From: Idiomarina loihiensis L2TR
GTDB taxonomy: Bacteria > Pseudomonadota > Gammaproteobacteria > Enterobacterales > Alteromonadaceae
NCBI RefSeq assembly: GCF_000008465.1
Contig: NC_006512.1
Coordinates: 2,370,001 to 2,402,000, forward strand
Length of the DNA: 32,000 nucleotides
Direction: 5' to 3'
In this document: positions 18,340 to 27,784 of the stretch, piece by piece
Layout of the letters: each line of letters begins with the position of its first letter
Position numbering within the stretch: position 1 is the stretch's first letter
Made by a program: the position numbers and the translations under genes
Notes under the pieces: generated by a model
Databases searched by the model: none
What the model was told of the DNA's origin: nothing
Seen by the model: the letters and a program-made list of their open reading frames with translations, nothing else

Positions 18340-19158
18340 ATGAGCAATTACGTTGTCGGTGATATCCAGGGTTGCTTCCGTGAACTTGAAGCTCTGCTTA
18401 CCCAAGTCAGCTTTAACCCTGCAAACGACTCTTTATGGTGTGTAGGTGATATTGTCGCGCGCGGCCCCAGTTCGCGCGATGCGTTGCGTTTTTTCTATGA
18501 GAACAGTAACTCGGTACACAGCGTATTAGGTAATCACGATTTAAACTTAATGGCAGTGTTGCTGGGTTATCGCCAGCCTAACCCAAAAGACAAACTCAAT
18601 GCGTTATTAGAAGACAGTGATCGCTATGACTGGTTAGAGTGGTTGCGTCACCAACCTTTGATGCATCAGCTAGAAGAGCACAATACGGTAATAACTCACG
18701 CTGGTATTTACCCATGGTGGACACTCAAACAAGCCAGTCAATACGCACAGGAAGTGACAAAAGTTCTTACTGGCAATGAGTTTAAAAACTTTATGCAGCA
18801 GTTATTTGGCAACTCGCCGGAAAAATGGGACTCAAGTCTGCAAGGTTTTGACCGATACCGTTTTATAGTGAACGCGTTTACCCGAATGCGTTACTGTAAT
18901 CCGGAAGGTGAACTGGATTTTTCCCAAAAAGATAATCCATATGAACGTTCATCGCAGGATTCGTATAAGCCATGGTTTAACTTTTGGTCAGAATCCGAGA
19001 ATCGAGTATTATTCGGGCATTGGGCTGCGCTAATGGGCGAAACCCGGCGTCAGGATGTGATAGCGCTGGATACTGGCTGTGTCTGGGGTCAGTATATGAC
19101 GTTATATAGCGTTGAGAATAAAACCTTCTTTCATGAACCGGCTTTGACCGGAAAGTGA
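18340..19158 (+). CDS. apaH: Bis(5'-nucleosyl)-tetraphosphatase, symmetrical (ApaH)
   Basis: The metallophosphatase motifs are GD.QGC, GD.VARGP, LGNHDL, AHAG, FGHWA and ALDTGCVWG. The product is collinear with E. coli ApaH. The gene starts 2 nt after the apaG stop. Confidence 0.94.
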   Translation: MSNYVVGDIQGCFRELEALLTQVSFNPANDSLWCVGDIVARGPSSRDALRFFYENSNSVHSVLGNHDLNLMAVLLGYRQPNPKDKLNALLEDSDRYDWLEWLRHQPLMHQLEEHNTVITHAGIYPWWTLKQASQYAQEVTKVLTGNEFKNFMQQLFGNSPEKWDSSLQGFDRYRFIVNAFTRMRYCNPEGELDFSQKDNPYERSSQDSYKPWFNFWSESENRVLFGHWAALMGETRRQDVIALDTGCVWGQYMTLYSVENKTFFHEPALTGK

Positions 19159-19191
19159 CAATAATAATTATGCAGTGCTGAGGAAAGTTTC

Positions 19192-21192
19192 ATGAAAATT
19201 ACTGTTGCCATGCGAGTTATCGGTGGTTTTGCCATCATTACTTTGCTGTTACTCATCATTAGCTTAAGCTCGTTGTTTAATATCAACAGCATAGGTTCGT
19301 CAGTTGATAAACTCAACGATGAGGCGGTTCCGGCACTGAATCAAGTCTCGGCTATTAAAGTCGATATTCTCGAGCTGGGTACAGTTCAGTTAGAAACTTT
19401 TTATGATGAAAGTTTAGAACAGGTTGAAGCCCACAAAAAAGAATTCAATGAATCGAACAAATTGCTTTTTGCCTCTCTTGATAAACTTAAAGAACTTATT
19501 CAGGGTAACGGTCAAAGCGACGAAATTAGCGCTTTGGAAAAAGACTCGCGCCAATACGTCAATCTGATCGAGCTTTTGTTCAATCAGCACAGCGAGTATC
19601 TGCAACTACAAAGTGTTACCGCCTCTCAGTTAGATGAAATTGCATTCAATATCGATGATGCGGCTATTATGCTACTGGATACCATGGATGCCTCTAACAA
19701 CGAAGTCATCTCTCGTGAAGCCAGTAATATTGAGTCGTCACTGTCCAGCCTTATCACCTTAATGTATGACTTGAACAAAGCTAATAAATTAGACAGCGCT
19801 CAAATCATTCGCAGTGAAATCGATATTAATATTGACAGTATCCGCCCTCGTCTTGAAGCTTTAGACAACGAGGCAACTGGTGGCACAGAAGCCATGGTTG
19901 ATGACGCGATTGGAACAGTTCGTGACGCACTCGACAGCCTTCAGGGCGCAGGTTCCTATCCGGACAATGTCATTCGCCGCCAACAGCTGCGTTTAGATTC
20001 TGAAGACTCTCTGGATAAGTCAGAAATTCAACTGAATAAACTGATGGCTGAGGCTGATCGTCTGCAAACTGCGGTTCGTGGAATAGCAGACGGTACTCGT
20101 GTTTCAGTAACAGACTCTATCTCTACCAGTAGCTGGCTCAATAGTATCATCACCATTATTTCTATTGCTCTGGCTGTGCTTATTTCATGGTACACCGTAC
20201 GTAGCATCAGCCGTCCATTGTCACGCGTTAACCACATGCTGAACATTATGGCGGATGGTAACTTAACCGAACGTGTTGACTATAACGCTCAGGACGAATT
20301 TGGTGAGCTCGCCTCAAACACCAATAAACTGACCGGTAATTTACGTAAACTTATTGAAGGTATTGCGAACCGCGCCACTCAGCTGGCTACGGCCGCGGAG
20401 CAATCTTCCAATGTTTCTGACGAGACAACTAACGCCATTGACGAACAACGCCGTCAGATTGAGCAAGTAGCCACGGCCACTCAGGAAATGAACAGTACGG
20501 CCAGCGAAATGGCCGACGGTGCAGAACAGGCCTTACGCGAAATTCAGCACTCTGATGATGAAGCCAAACGTGTTCGTCAAATTTCAGACAAAAACCGTGC
20601 GACTATCGAAGGCCTGGCTAGTGAAATTAAAGGCGCCTCGGAAGTTATCGATCAGTTGTCAGAAAACAGCAAAAACATTGGTGGCATTCTGGATGTTATT
20701 CGCGGTATTGCCGACCAGACCAACTTGCTTGCACTGAACGCGGCCATTGAAGCGGCACGTGCCGGTGAGCAAGGTCGCGGATTTGCGGTTGTTGCTGATG
20801 AAGTTCGCACTCTGGCAAGCCGTACTCAAGAGTCCACCGAAGAAATTCAGGATATGATTGAGAATCTTCAGAATGACTCTCAGCGAGCGGTTACCGTTAT
20901 GAATAAAGGCCGCGAGCAAGCTGAACTCAGTGTGCAGCAATCCGATGAAGCAGCTCAGGCACTTCAATCTATTACTGAGTCAGTGCATCAGGCGTCTGAC
21001 AGCAGTAACCATATTGCTAATGCAGCGAAAGAGCAAAGCAGTACTGCGCAGGATATCAGCGAGCGTCTTGAGTCTATTGTTTCCATTGCCGAACAAACGG
21101 CTTCTGGTTCCAAACAAACAGCTCAAGCGTCTAACGAAGTCGCTAAACTGGCCGATGAGCTCCAGGACTCAATTAAGAGTTTCAGAGTCTAA
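19192..21192 (+). CDS. Methyl-accepting chemotaxis protein with a large helical periplasmic sensor domain
   Basis: A GAGGA RBS lies 7 nt upstream. TM1 covers aa ~7-29, followed by a ~285 aa periplasmic region and TM2 ([22 protein letters not shown]). A HAMP domain follows ([22 protein letters not shown]...DEFGEL). The invariant signalling hairpin is [37 protein letters not shown]. There is no C-terminal NWETF-type pentapeptide. Confidence 0.92.
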   Translation: MKITVAMRVIGGFAIITLLLLIISLSSLFNINSIGSSVDKLNDEAVPALNQVSAIKVDILELGTVQLETFYDESLEQVEAHKKEFNESNKLLFASLDKLKELIQGNGQSDEISALEKDSRQYVNLIELLFNQHSEYLQLQSVTASQLDEIAFNIDDAAIMLLDTMDASNNEVISREASNIESSLSSLITLMYDLNKANKLDSAQIIRSEIDINIDSIRPRLEALDNEATGGTEAMVDDAIGTVRDALDSLQGAGSYPDNVIRRQQLRLDSEDSLDKSEIQLNKLMAEADRLQTAVRGIADGTRVSVTDSISTSSWLNSIITIISIALAVLISWYTVRSISRPLSRVNHMLNIMADGNLTERVDYNAQDEFGELASNTNKLTGNLRKLIEGIANRATQLATAAEQSSNVSDETTNAIDEQRRQIEQVATATQEMNSTASEMADGAEQALREIQHSDDEAKRVRQISDKNRATIEGLASEIKGASEVIDQLSENSKNIGGILDVIRGIADQTNLLALNAAIEAARAGEQGRGFAVVADEVRTLASRTQESTEEIQDMIENLQNDSQRAVTVMNKGREQAELSVQQSDEAAQALQSITESVHQASDSSNHIANAAKEQSSTAQDISERLESIVSIAEQTASGSKQTAQASNEVAKLADELQDSIKSFRV

Positions 21193-21218
21193 AGCAAAAA
21201 CCTCTGAACTGCAGAAAC

Positions 21219-21249
21219 AAAAAAGGCGCTCTTTAAAGGCGCCTTTTTA
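21219..21249. terminator. Bidirectional rho-independent terminator between the convergent MCP gene and tyrS
   Basis: The sequence AAAAAAGGCGCtctttaaagGCGCCTTTTTAT has a GC-rich stem (GGCGC/GCGCC, extendable through the flanking A/T). An A-run lies on one side and a T-run on the other, so each strand reads hairpin plus U-tract. A second 7 bp inverted repeat, ttcagag/ctctgaa (21181-21187 / 21201-21207), brackets the MCP stop codon. Confidence 0.82.
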
Positions 21250-21285
21250 TATTTCACGGTTTTATTGCCTCAATAATTAACGCTG

Positions 21286-22491
21286 TTACGCCGTTAAGTT
21301 AATTTTAGCGAAGCGACGTTTACCCACCTGATATACTCCAGAGTCCTTTTCTGTGCACAGGTAACGCGAATCACTGAATTTCTCGCCATCCACTTTAACG
21401 GCATTTTGTTTTATCATTCGTAACGCTTCCGAGGTGGACTCAACCAAGCCGGCTTCTTTTAGCACATTACCTATTGCCATTCCCTCAGCTCCGACTTGCA
21501 CCGTCTTTTCCGGAATATCGTCCGGTAAAGCATTTTTCTGGAAACGCTGGATAAAATCCTGTTCGGCTTTCTCAGCGTCGTCTTCCGAGTGAAAGCGAGC
21601 GATGATTTCTTTTGCCAGCAAAACTTTCACATCACGTGGGTTTTTGCCGTCGGCTACAGCCGCTTTCAGTTCGTCAATTTCGGTAATGGAACGAAAGCTG
21701 AGTAACTGGAAGTAACGCCACATGAGCTCATCTGACACCGACATAATTTTACCAAACATGTCATTTGCCGGTTCCGTAATGCCAATATAGTTATTCAGCG
21801 ATTTTGACATTTTCTGCACACCGTCCAGCCCTTCCAGTAACGGCGTCATAATGACAGTTTGTGGACGCTGCCCTTCTTCTTTTTGCAGTTCGCGCCCCAT
21901 GAGCAGGTTGAAGCGCTGGTCGGTTCCGCCCAGCTCAACGTCAGCTTTTAATTCAACCGAATCCCAGCCCTGAACCAATGGGTATAAAAACTCGTGAATA
22001 GCTATCGACTGATTGTTCTGGTAGCGTTTTTTAAAATCATCACGTTCTAACATACGGGCTACGGTCTGGCGCGCAGCCAGTTTAATCATATCGGCTGCCC
22101 CCATTTTCGACATCCATTCGGAGTTAAAACGGATTTCGGTTTTAGCCGGATCGAGAATTTTAAAAACCTGTTCTTTATAAGTTTCAGCGTTAGCAATAAC
22201 CTGTTCCGTGGTCAGCGGCTTTCTGGTCACATTCTTACCTGTAGGGTCACCTATCATGCCGGTGAAATCACCTATAAGGAAAACCACTTTATGACCAAAG
22301 TCCTGAAATACTCTCAGCTTGTTGATTAAAACAGTGTGTCCCAAGTGTAAATCAGGTGCCGTTGGGTCAAAGCCAGCTTTCACTGTCAGTGGCTTACCAC
22401 TGGCCAACTTCTCAGCCAGTTCCTGCTCGAGTAAAACTTCTTCGGCACCGCGAGTAATCTCGGCAATAGCTTCCGCCACTTCGGTTTTCAT
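21286..22491 (-). CDS. tyrS: Tyrosine--tRNA ligase, type 2 (TyrZ-like, C-terminal S4 domain)
   Basis: [20 protein letters not shown] (HIGH), KMSKSL (KMSKS) and [15 protein letters not shown] are present, and the product is collinear with Pseudomonas TyrZ. By alignment the start is MKTEV at 22491, with GGAG 6 nt upstream. The ORF track begins at TTG 22503, four codons earlier. Confidence 0.92.
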   Translation of the reverse strand: MKTEVAEAIAEITRGAEEVLLEQELAEKLASGKPLTVKAGFDPTAPDLHLGHTVLINKLRVFQDFGHKVVFLIGDFTGMIGDPTGKNVTRKPLTTEQVIANAETYKEQVFKILDPAKTEIRFNSEWMSKMGAADMIKLAARQTVARMLERDDFKKRYQNNQSIAIHEFLYPLVQGWDSVELKADVELGGTDQRFNLLMGRELQKEEGQRPQTVIMTPLLEGLDGVQKMSKSLNNYIGITEPANDMFGKIMSVSDELMWRYFQLLSFRSITEIDELKAAVADGKNPRDVKVLLAKEIIARFHSEDDAEKAEQDFIQRFQKNALPDDIPEKTVQVGAEGMAIGNVLKEAGLVESTSEALRMIKQNAVKVDGEKFSDSRYLCTEKDSGVYQVGKRRFAKINLTA

Positions 22492-22703
22492 CCTCATCTC
22501 CAACTGTAAAAACTCATAAACCAGCCATTTTACGCCATTATTACCGCTGTTTTAAGCTCAATGATCTGGTATTCTTCATTTTTTCGTATTATCCTCGAAA
22601 CCATAAGGTTATTCCGTGGTCGTAAACAGGTGCGGTAATCCCCGTGTTTGCTAACACATGTTTACTGGATAATCACAATAAAGAAAGTGAAGTGCGCTAT
22701 AAT

Positions 22704-24020
22704 ATGACATTAAAATCTGTCACCAAAATTCAGCGGATGTTTCTGCAACTTCCGCATTCTCATAAAATTCTGATCAGTGCGATCAGCGTTGCCCTCTTGC
22801 TATTACTGATCATTCCGTCGGAACCTGCCACGGCATCTAAGAACAGTACTTCAGCAGAGCAGTTGATGCCAGGTAAACGTTACCAGCTCGATTTAGCTTT
22901 TGAGCAACCCAGCTCAGATGAAAGTACCGAAAACTCAGAGCTGACATGGCAAACCTATCAGATTAAATCGGGTGACAGCTTAGCTAAAATATTTAGCAAA
23001 GTAGGCTTTAGTGCCCAGCAACTGTATCGCGTTACCGAGTCCGGCGATGAAGCCAAATATCTTCGTAAAGTTCACCCTGGCGATTTGCTTCGCTTTGCGA
23101 CTGACAGTGACGATAACCTGGTGCAGCTAGCGCACCAGATAAACGATACAGAAACGCTTATTATCACTCGTCAAAACGACAGCTTTGTTGCTGAAATCGA
23201 AACTAAAAAAGTTGAAGTTCGTACAGAATTCACTCATGCCGTTATTGACTCCAGCTTCTGGAATGCCGGTATCGACTCGGGTTTGACTGACAACCAAATT
23301 ATGCGCATTGCCAATATTTTTGGCTGGGATATCGACTTTGCCTTAGACTTGCGTAAAAACGACGAATTTAGCGTACTTTATGAAACGCACTATGTAGATG
23401 GCGAGTTTGTTGGCTACGGCAAAATTTTAGCGGCAGAGTTTGTAAACCGGGACGAGAACTTCCAGGCCATTCTTCACGATAATGGACAATATTATACGCC
23501 GAACGGTCGCGCCATGCGCAAAACCTTCCTGCGTTCACCGGTTAACTTTACCTACATAAGCTCGAGCTTCAACCCTCGCCGCTTACATCCGGTTACCGGA
23601 AGAGTGCGCCCGCACAATGGTATAGATTACGCAGCCTCTACTGGCACGCCAGTAATGTCTTCTGGTGATGGTAAAGTTATCGCGGCTGGTTATACCTCGT
23701 TGAATGGTAATTATATTTTTGTGCAACACGGCGAACGCTACGTGACTAAGTATTTACACCTTAGCCGTAAGCACGTGAAAACAGGCGACCGTGTTAAACA
23801 AGGTCAGGTAATTGGTCGCGTCGGCGCGACAGGCCGGGTAACGGGTCCACACTTACACTACGAATTCCTTGTTGACGGCGTACATCGTAACCCTCGTACG
23901 GTGGAATTGCCGGAAGCCAAGTCGCTGGGTGAATCAGAATTACCGGCTTTCCGTCAACACGCGGATCAGGTAATGGCCATACTAAACGACAACAGACGCG
24001 TTTACCTGGCGATGCAGTAA
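22704..24020 (+). CDS. mepM: Murein DD-endopeptidase, M23 family with LysM/OapA-type domain (MepM/YebA-like)
   Basis: The N-terminus MTLKSVTKIQRMFLQLPHSHKILISAISVALLLLL aligns with E. coli MepM (..FNNLPRPHRVMLGSLTVLTL). A LysM-like segment reads YQIKSGDSLAKIF. The M23 metal motifs are HNGIDYAA and GPHLHYE. The start is uncertain, with candidates 22644 (GTG), 22704 (ATG, preferred) and 22737 (ATG). A TATAAT hexamer sits at 22697-22702, immediately before the preferred ATG. Confidence 0.85.
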   Translation: MTLKSVTKIQRMFLQLPHSHKILISAISVALLLLLIIPSEPATASKNSTSAEQLMPGKRYQLDLAFEQPSSDESTENSELTWQTYQIKSGDSLAKIFSKVGFSAQQLYRVTESGDEAKYLRKVHPGDLLRFATDSDDNLVQLAHQINDTETLIITRQNDSFVAEIETKKVEVRTEFTHAVIDSSFWNAGIDSGLTDNQIMRIANIFGWDIDFALDLRKNDEFSVLYETHYVDGEFVGYGKILAAEFVNRDENFQAILHDNGQYYTPNGRAMRKTFLRSPVNFTYISSSFNPRRLHPVTGRVRPHNGIDYAASTGTPVMSSGDGKVIAAGYTSLNGNYIFVQHGERYVTKYLHLSRKHVKTGDRVKQGQVIGRVGATGRVTGPHLHYEFLVDGVHRNPRTVELPEAKSLGESELPAFRQHADQVMAILNDNRRVYLAMQ

Positions 24021-25129
24021 TGTTTCAGCGTTATATTGGACTGATGTCGGGCACCAGTATGGATGCGGTTGACGCGGCATTGGTCCAGATAGATGCGCAA
24101 GGCACGCCCAGACTTGAAGCTCATCACTCTTTGTCTTTCCCCCCGGAATTGCGTACTCGCTTATTGGCTTTAAGCCACACAGACAACTGGCAGGCCGATG
24201 AACTGGCCGGTTTAGACATTGCTTTTTCCCAGCTCAGTGCCAAAGTAGTAGAGCGGCTTCTTGAAAAAGTCAGTATCGCAGCAAAAGACATTACCGCCAT
24301 AGCCAGTCACGGACAAACCGTTCGCCACAAGCCCAACTCAATACCAGCCTACACCTGTCAAATTGGCGACCCTACACGGTTAGCTTTGGGTACGGGTATT
24401 GATGTGATTTACGATTTTCGTCGCAAAGACATCGCCGCAGGTGGTCAGGGTGCGCCATTGGTTCCGGCTTTTCATAAGCAAGTTTTTTCCCGCAAGAATC
24501 AAAGCATTGCGGTGATTAATTTAGGTGGTATTGCCAATGTCACCTGGCTTGGCCATAACGGCAACATACTGGGCTTCGATACAGGACCTGCCAACACCTT
24601 GCTCGACCAATGGGTTCAGCATAATGACTCAAGTAAAAGCTTCGATGAAAATGCTCAGTTTGCGAGAGCAGGCAAACTTCAGCCTGACCTGCTAAAGCGT
24701 TTATTGCAGCATCCGTTTTTTGCTAAGCCAGCTCCCAAAAGTACGGGTCGCGAGGAGTTCAACTTAAAATGGCTGCAACGACAATTGACCGGACACAACA
24801 TTAGCCCGGCTGATGTACAGCGCACTTTGACCGAACTTACCGCTATTAGCATCAAAGATGCACTGACAACCTTGCCACAACAACCCGATACGGCTTATTT
24901 TTGTGGTGGCGGCACCCGAAACCCATTATTGATGGAGCGCTTAACTCAACTTTTAGCGCCGATTCAATGCGATACTACAGCGAGTTTAGGCGTTGACCCG
25001 CAATGGGTTGAGGCAATCGCTTTTGCCTGGTTAGGCTGGTGTTTCGAGCATAAAAAACCGGGCAACCAGCCTGAAGTTACAGGAGCCAGTCATCCGGTTG
25101 TTTTAGGCGCTAAAGTCCTACATCAATAG
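24020..25129 (+). CDS. anmK: Anhydro-N-acetylmuramic acid kinase AnmK
   Basis: The N-terminus is YIGLMSGTSMDAVDAAL. The motifs RRKDIAAGGQGAPLVPAFH, NLGGIAN, DTGPAN and CGGG.RN are present. The ATG overlaps the mepM-like TAA by 1 nt (TAATG). The tyrS/M23/anmK/erpA neighbourhood matches Pseudomonas. Confidence 0.93.
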   Translation: MFQRYIGLMSGTSMDAVDAALVQIDAQGTPRLEAHHSLSFPPELRTRLLALSHTDNWQADELAGLDIAFSQLSAKVVERLLEKVSIAAKDITAIASHGQTVRHKPNSIPAYTCQIGDPTRLALGTGIDVIYDFRRKDIAAGGQGAPLVPAFHKQVFSRKNQSIAVINLGGIANVTWLGHNGNILGFDTGPANTLLDQWVQHNDSSKSFDENAQFARAGKLQPDLLKRLLQHPFFAKPAPKSTGREEFNLKWLQRQLTGHNISPADVQRTLTELTAISIKDALTTLPQQPDTAYFCGGGTRNPLLMERLTQLLAPIQCDTTASLGVDPQWVEAIAFAWLGWCFEHKKPGNQPEVTGASHPVVLGAKVLHQ

Positions 25130-25134
25130 ACTCT

Positions 25135-26451
25135 TTATTCGGCACCCAGTTCTTTAAACGCATCACGCGTCAGGTTTTCATTGCCATCGGCTCCAACCAC
25201 GATGCTGTCTTCAATACGTACACCGCCGTATGGACGCAGCTCATCAACTTTCTCCCAGTTAATATCTGCGCTGTCTTTGTGCTCTTCCAGTAGCTGATCG
25301 ACCACATATAAGCCCGGCTCAATTGTGAAGACGTGGCCAACTTCAATGTCTCGTAATAAGCGTAAAAACGGATGACGCTCACTGCGCTCGTAGCTGTTAC
25401 CTTTGTCGTCCTTCAGGAAACCGCCAACATCATGTACCTGCAAACCAATAAAGTGGCCTAATCCGTGTGGCATAAAGGCACTGGTGTAACCTTTGTCATA
25501 AATGCTTTGTGCATCACCTTTAATAAACTCAAAGTCACTTAAAATTTGCGCGACTTTCAGATGCATCGACACATGCAGGTCGTAATAGCTCACACCGGGC
25601 TTAATCTCGCTCAACAGCTCTTGTTGTGCTTTATCCATAGCTTCTACCAGATTCGCGTAGAAACCTTCTTCATAAGCGTATGAGCGGGTTATATCGGAGC
25701 AATAACCACGGTAGCGTGCGCCAGCATCTATTAAGAACGAACGGATTTGCTTAGGCGGAACAGTGTCGTATACGTCATAATGCAAAATTGCCGAGTGGCT
25801 GTTCAGCGCAACGATACTATTGTAAGGCACCTGTGACTCACGAAAGTCGATAGCGCCAAGGTAAGCATGATGTATTTCCAACTCGCTTTTACCGGCAAAA
25901 AAGGCTTCTTTTGCTGCAACATGGGCTTTTGCCGCTAAGCGGTTGGCTTCGCGCAAATTATCCACTTCCCATTGAGTTTTTATTGAGCGGTGAAAGTGCA
26001 GATGATCAATCAATGCCTGCGGGTTACGTGCTTTTACTCTCCAGTCACTGACTGGCTGTGCAAAGTCTTCACCAATAAAAGCGGACTGCTCCAAGTCGCT
26101 GCCTAAGTCTTCAGTCAGCATGCTTAAGTCGTCGATAATTTTTAAATCAACATGCTGCTGCCATTCTTCTTCCGGCACATTCACTGGAGCATGCCAAAAG
26201 TCCCGAGCCTGAAATAAGTAAACCGTAGGACGTTGGCTGCCCTTGCGATAAAAAATAGCGCTTTTGGGGCTTTCTGTGACCGGAACCCAGTATTTAAATA
26301 GCGGATTAACCCGGTACGGCGGCGCGTTATCATCGAGAAAATCAACTCGTGGCTGGCCCGAGTAAACCAGTACCGATTCAAAATTGTTGTCCTCTAACGC
26401 TTTATCAAAGCGGCTACAAACTGTCTTGATGTGTTCTGCGTACGCGCTCAT
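25135..26451 (-). CDS. pepQ: Xaa-Pro dipeptidase PepQ (M24B prolidase)
   Basis: The product is collinear with E. coli PepQ (FLDDN.PPY.VNP.FK.WVPVT, PYN.IVALN.H.A.LHY, SFL.DAGA.Y.GY..D.TR, PHGLGH.IGLQVHDV.GF, IEPG.Y, GG.RIED). The 438 aa length is in the range I expect for PepQ. Confidence 0.92.
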   Translation of the reverse strand: MSAYAEHIKTVCSRFDKALEDNNFESVLVYSGQPRVDFLDDNAPPYRVNPLFKYWVPVTESPKSAIFYRKGSQRPTVYLFQARDFWHAPVNVPEEEWQQHVDLKIIDDLSMLTEDLGSDLEQSAFIGEDFAQPVSDWRVKARNPQALIDHLHFHRSIKTQWEVDNLREANRLAAKAHVAAKEAFFAGKSELEIHHAYLGAIDFRESQVPYNSIVALNSHSAILHYDVYDTVPPKQIRSFLIDAGARYRGYCSDITRSYAYEEGFYANLVEAMDKAQQELLSEIKPGVSYYDLHVSMHLKVAQILSDFEFIKGDAQSIYDKGYTSAFMPHGLGHFIGLQVHDVGGFLKDDKGNSYERSERHPFLRLLRDIEVGHVFTIEPGLYVVDQLLEEHKDSADINWEKVDELRPYGGVRIEDSIVVGADGNENLTRDAFKELGAE

Positions 26452-26478
26452 AAAAAAACCTCACAAAAAATTGTGAGG
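26452..26478 (-). terminator. Rho-independent terminator of erpA (minus strand), directly abutting the pepQ start codon
   Basis: The minus strand reads CCTCACAA-TTTT-TTGTGAGG-TTTTTTT-ATG(pepQ). This is a perfect 8 bp stem (26471-26478 / 26459-26466) with a 4 nt loop and a 7-U tract (26452-26458). Confidence 0.82.
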
Positions 26479-26480
26479 TT

Positions 26481-26509
26481 ATTCTAGCGGAAAAGCCGAA
26501 AACTTTCAG
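26481..26509 (-). promoter_or_regulatory. Candidate sigma70 promoter for pepQ located between the erpA stop and its terminator
   Basis: The minus strand reads CTGAAA (26509-26504), 17 nt, TAGAAT (26486-26481). The predicted start near 26474 falls inside the 5' arm of the terminator hairpin. This rests on hexamer matching only. Confidence 0.3.
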
Positions 26510-26535
26510 CTGTTCCCGAGGGAAGGAACTAAAGC

Positions 26536-26886
26536 CTAAACGGAAAAACTCGAACCGCAACCACAGGTTGTTGTGGCATTAGGGTTGTCGACAAAAAAGC
26601 GTGAACCCTGCAGTCCTTCTTCGTAGCTGACCACGCCCCCCATTAAATACTGTAAACTCATTGGATCAACCAGCAGGGTGACGCCGTTTTTTTCTATTTC
26701 CATATCACCCGGGTTTTTCTTTTCATCAAAGGTAAAACCATATTGGAAGCCCGAACAACCGCCTCCGGTTACGTAAACACGCAACTTCAAGTTTGGGTTT
26801 TCTTCTTCAGCAATCAGCTTACCCACTTTGCTTGCCGCTTGTTCAGTGAACTCAATCGGCATTGCCTGCTCTGCTGCACTGCTCAT
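26536..26886 (-). CDS. erpA: Iron-sulfur cluster insertion protein ErpA (A-type carrier)
   Basis: The 116 aa product is near-identical in pattern to E. coli ErpA ([44 protein letters not shown]...[12 protein letters not shown]). Confidence 0.96.
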   Translation of the reverse strand: MSSAAEQAMPIEFTEQAASKVGKLIAEEENPNLKLRVYVTGGGCSGFQYGFTFDEKKNPGDMEIEKNGVTLLVDPMSLQYLMGGVVSYEEGLQGSRFFVDNPNATTTCGCGSSFSV

Positions 26887-26942
26887 GATTTCTCTACCTT
26901 GGTTGAACTCTACTGCTATTTTCTCTTACCTGAGTATTTTGG

Positions 26943-27689
26943 TCAAGTATCGCCGTCACTACGCACACCGGGGTTGGCATCTCCGCGGCTAATTTCTTTC
27001 CAGAAAAAGGTTCGGTCCAGTGTCCCTCTACCACCTTTGGTTAGCTGCACTTTTACTTCAACCCGTTCTGGCACAAGCCCTTCAGGCATAAAGAAGTCGC
27101 CTTCGTACAAAGAGAAATAGCGCATAGAAAAGCTCCGTTCATCTTGCGCTATATTGGCAAGTTTCAGTAAGTCATAACGCTCTTTCTTACCATCAATGCG
27201 GCCGACCAGTTCAACCGTAACATTCCCCTGAACAAAGTTACGGCGCTGCTCAATTTGCAATACCGCCAGAGAGAAATGGAAATGATTTTCTGAACGGTTC
27301 TTAGTAACCGTTAAAGAGTCTATCGTAACGCCGCTTTCCTGTAGCTCCGGCGCCATAATCTTCTGATAAAACGCTAAGTCTCGGCGTAAACCATAATTAT
27401 CGTTCTGTAACGCACTCAACTCGTCCTGCAAACTTTGGTTTGCCGAGCGCTCAATGTCTAGCTCAACTTGCAGCACATGGCGTTGATACTCCATCTGCTC
27501 AATACGCTGATAAAGCTGCTCAAGTTGTTGCGACTGTTTGGAAACTTCTTCTTTCAAGGCTTTTGCATGCCAAACTCCGGCTAGGTAAGCCAGGTAAACA
27601 ACCAAAACAGCAACACAGATCAACAACACAAATACCGGGAAAGCTCCCCAGCGCTGTTGCCAGTATTTCAGGTTAAAATAGGGCTTCAT
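26943..27689 (-). CDS. Hypothetical membrane-anchored coiled-coil protein (possibly DUF6776-like)
   Basis: The 248 aa product has one N-terminal TM helix (FPVFVLLICVAVLVVYLAYLAGVW). A coiled-coil stretch of about 70 aa follows (EEVSKQSQQLEQLYQRIEQMEYQRHVLQVELDIERSANQSLQDELSALQ), then a beta-rich C-terminal half. Its position next to erpA is conserved. The family name is from memory and unverified. Confidence 0.75.
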   Translation of the reverse strand: MKPYFNLKYWQQRWGAFPVFVLLICVAVLVVYLAYLAGVWHAKALKEEVSKQSQQLEQLYQRIEQMEYQRHVLQVELDIERSANQSLQDELSALQNDNYGLRRDLAFYQKIMAPELQESGVTIDSLTVTKNRSENHFHFSLAVLQIEQRRNFVQGNVTVELVGRIDGKKERYDLLKLANIAQDERSFSMRYFSLYEGDFFMPEGLVPERVEVKVQLTKGGRGTLDRTFFWKEISRGDANPGVRSDGDT

Positions 27690-27784
27690 AACTTCCAGCT
27701 CATTTCCATCAAGCGTTTATGCTGATATGTTATTGATAAATATGCAAGCTCATCCCACGGTTTAAGGTAAGGATCTTATTTTAA

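Noticed and set aside
22561-22638. A 25-codon ORF (MIWYSSFFRIILETIRLFRGRKQVR) in the tyrS / M23-peptidase divergent intergenic region, considered as a possible leader peptide or small protein.
   Set aside because: It has no Shine-Dalgarno upstream and no associated attenuator structure, and gammaproteobacterial tyrS is not T-box or leader regulated. It is indistinguishable from a chance ORF in an AT-rich spacer.
27690-27784. A fluoride (crcB-motif) riboswitch upstream of the atypical ClC gene.
   Set aside because: I could not find the conserved GGCGAUG...CUGAUGAU...CCUAC-type core or a matching pseudoknot in this 95 nt divergent spacer. An Rfam scan is still recommended.
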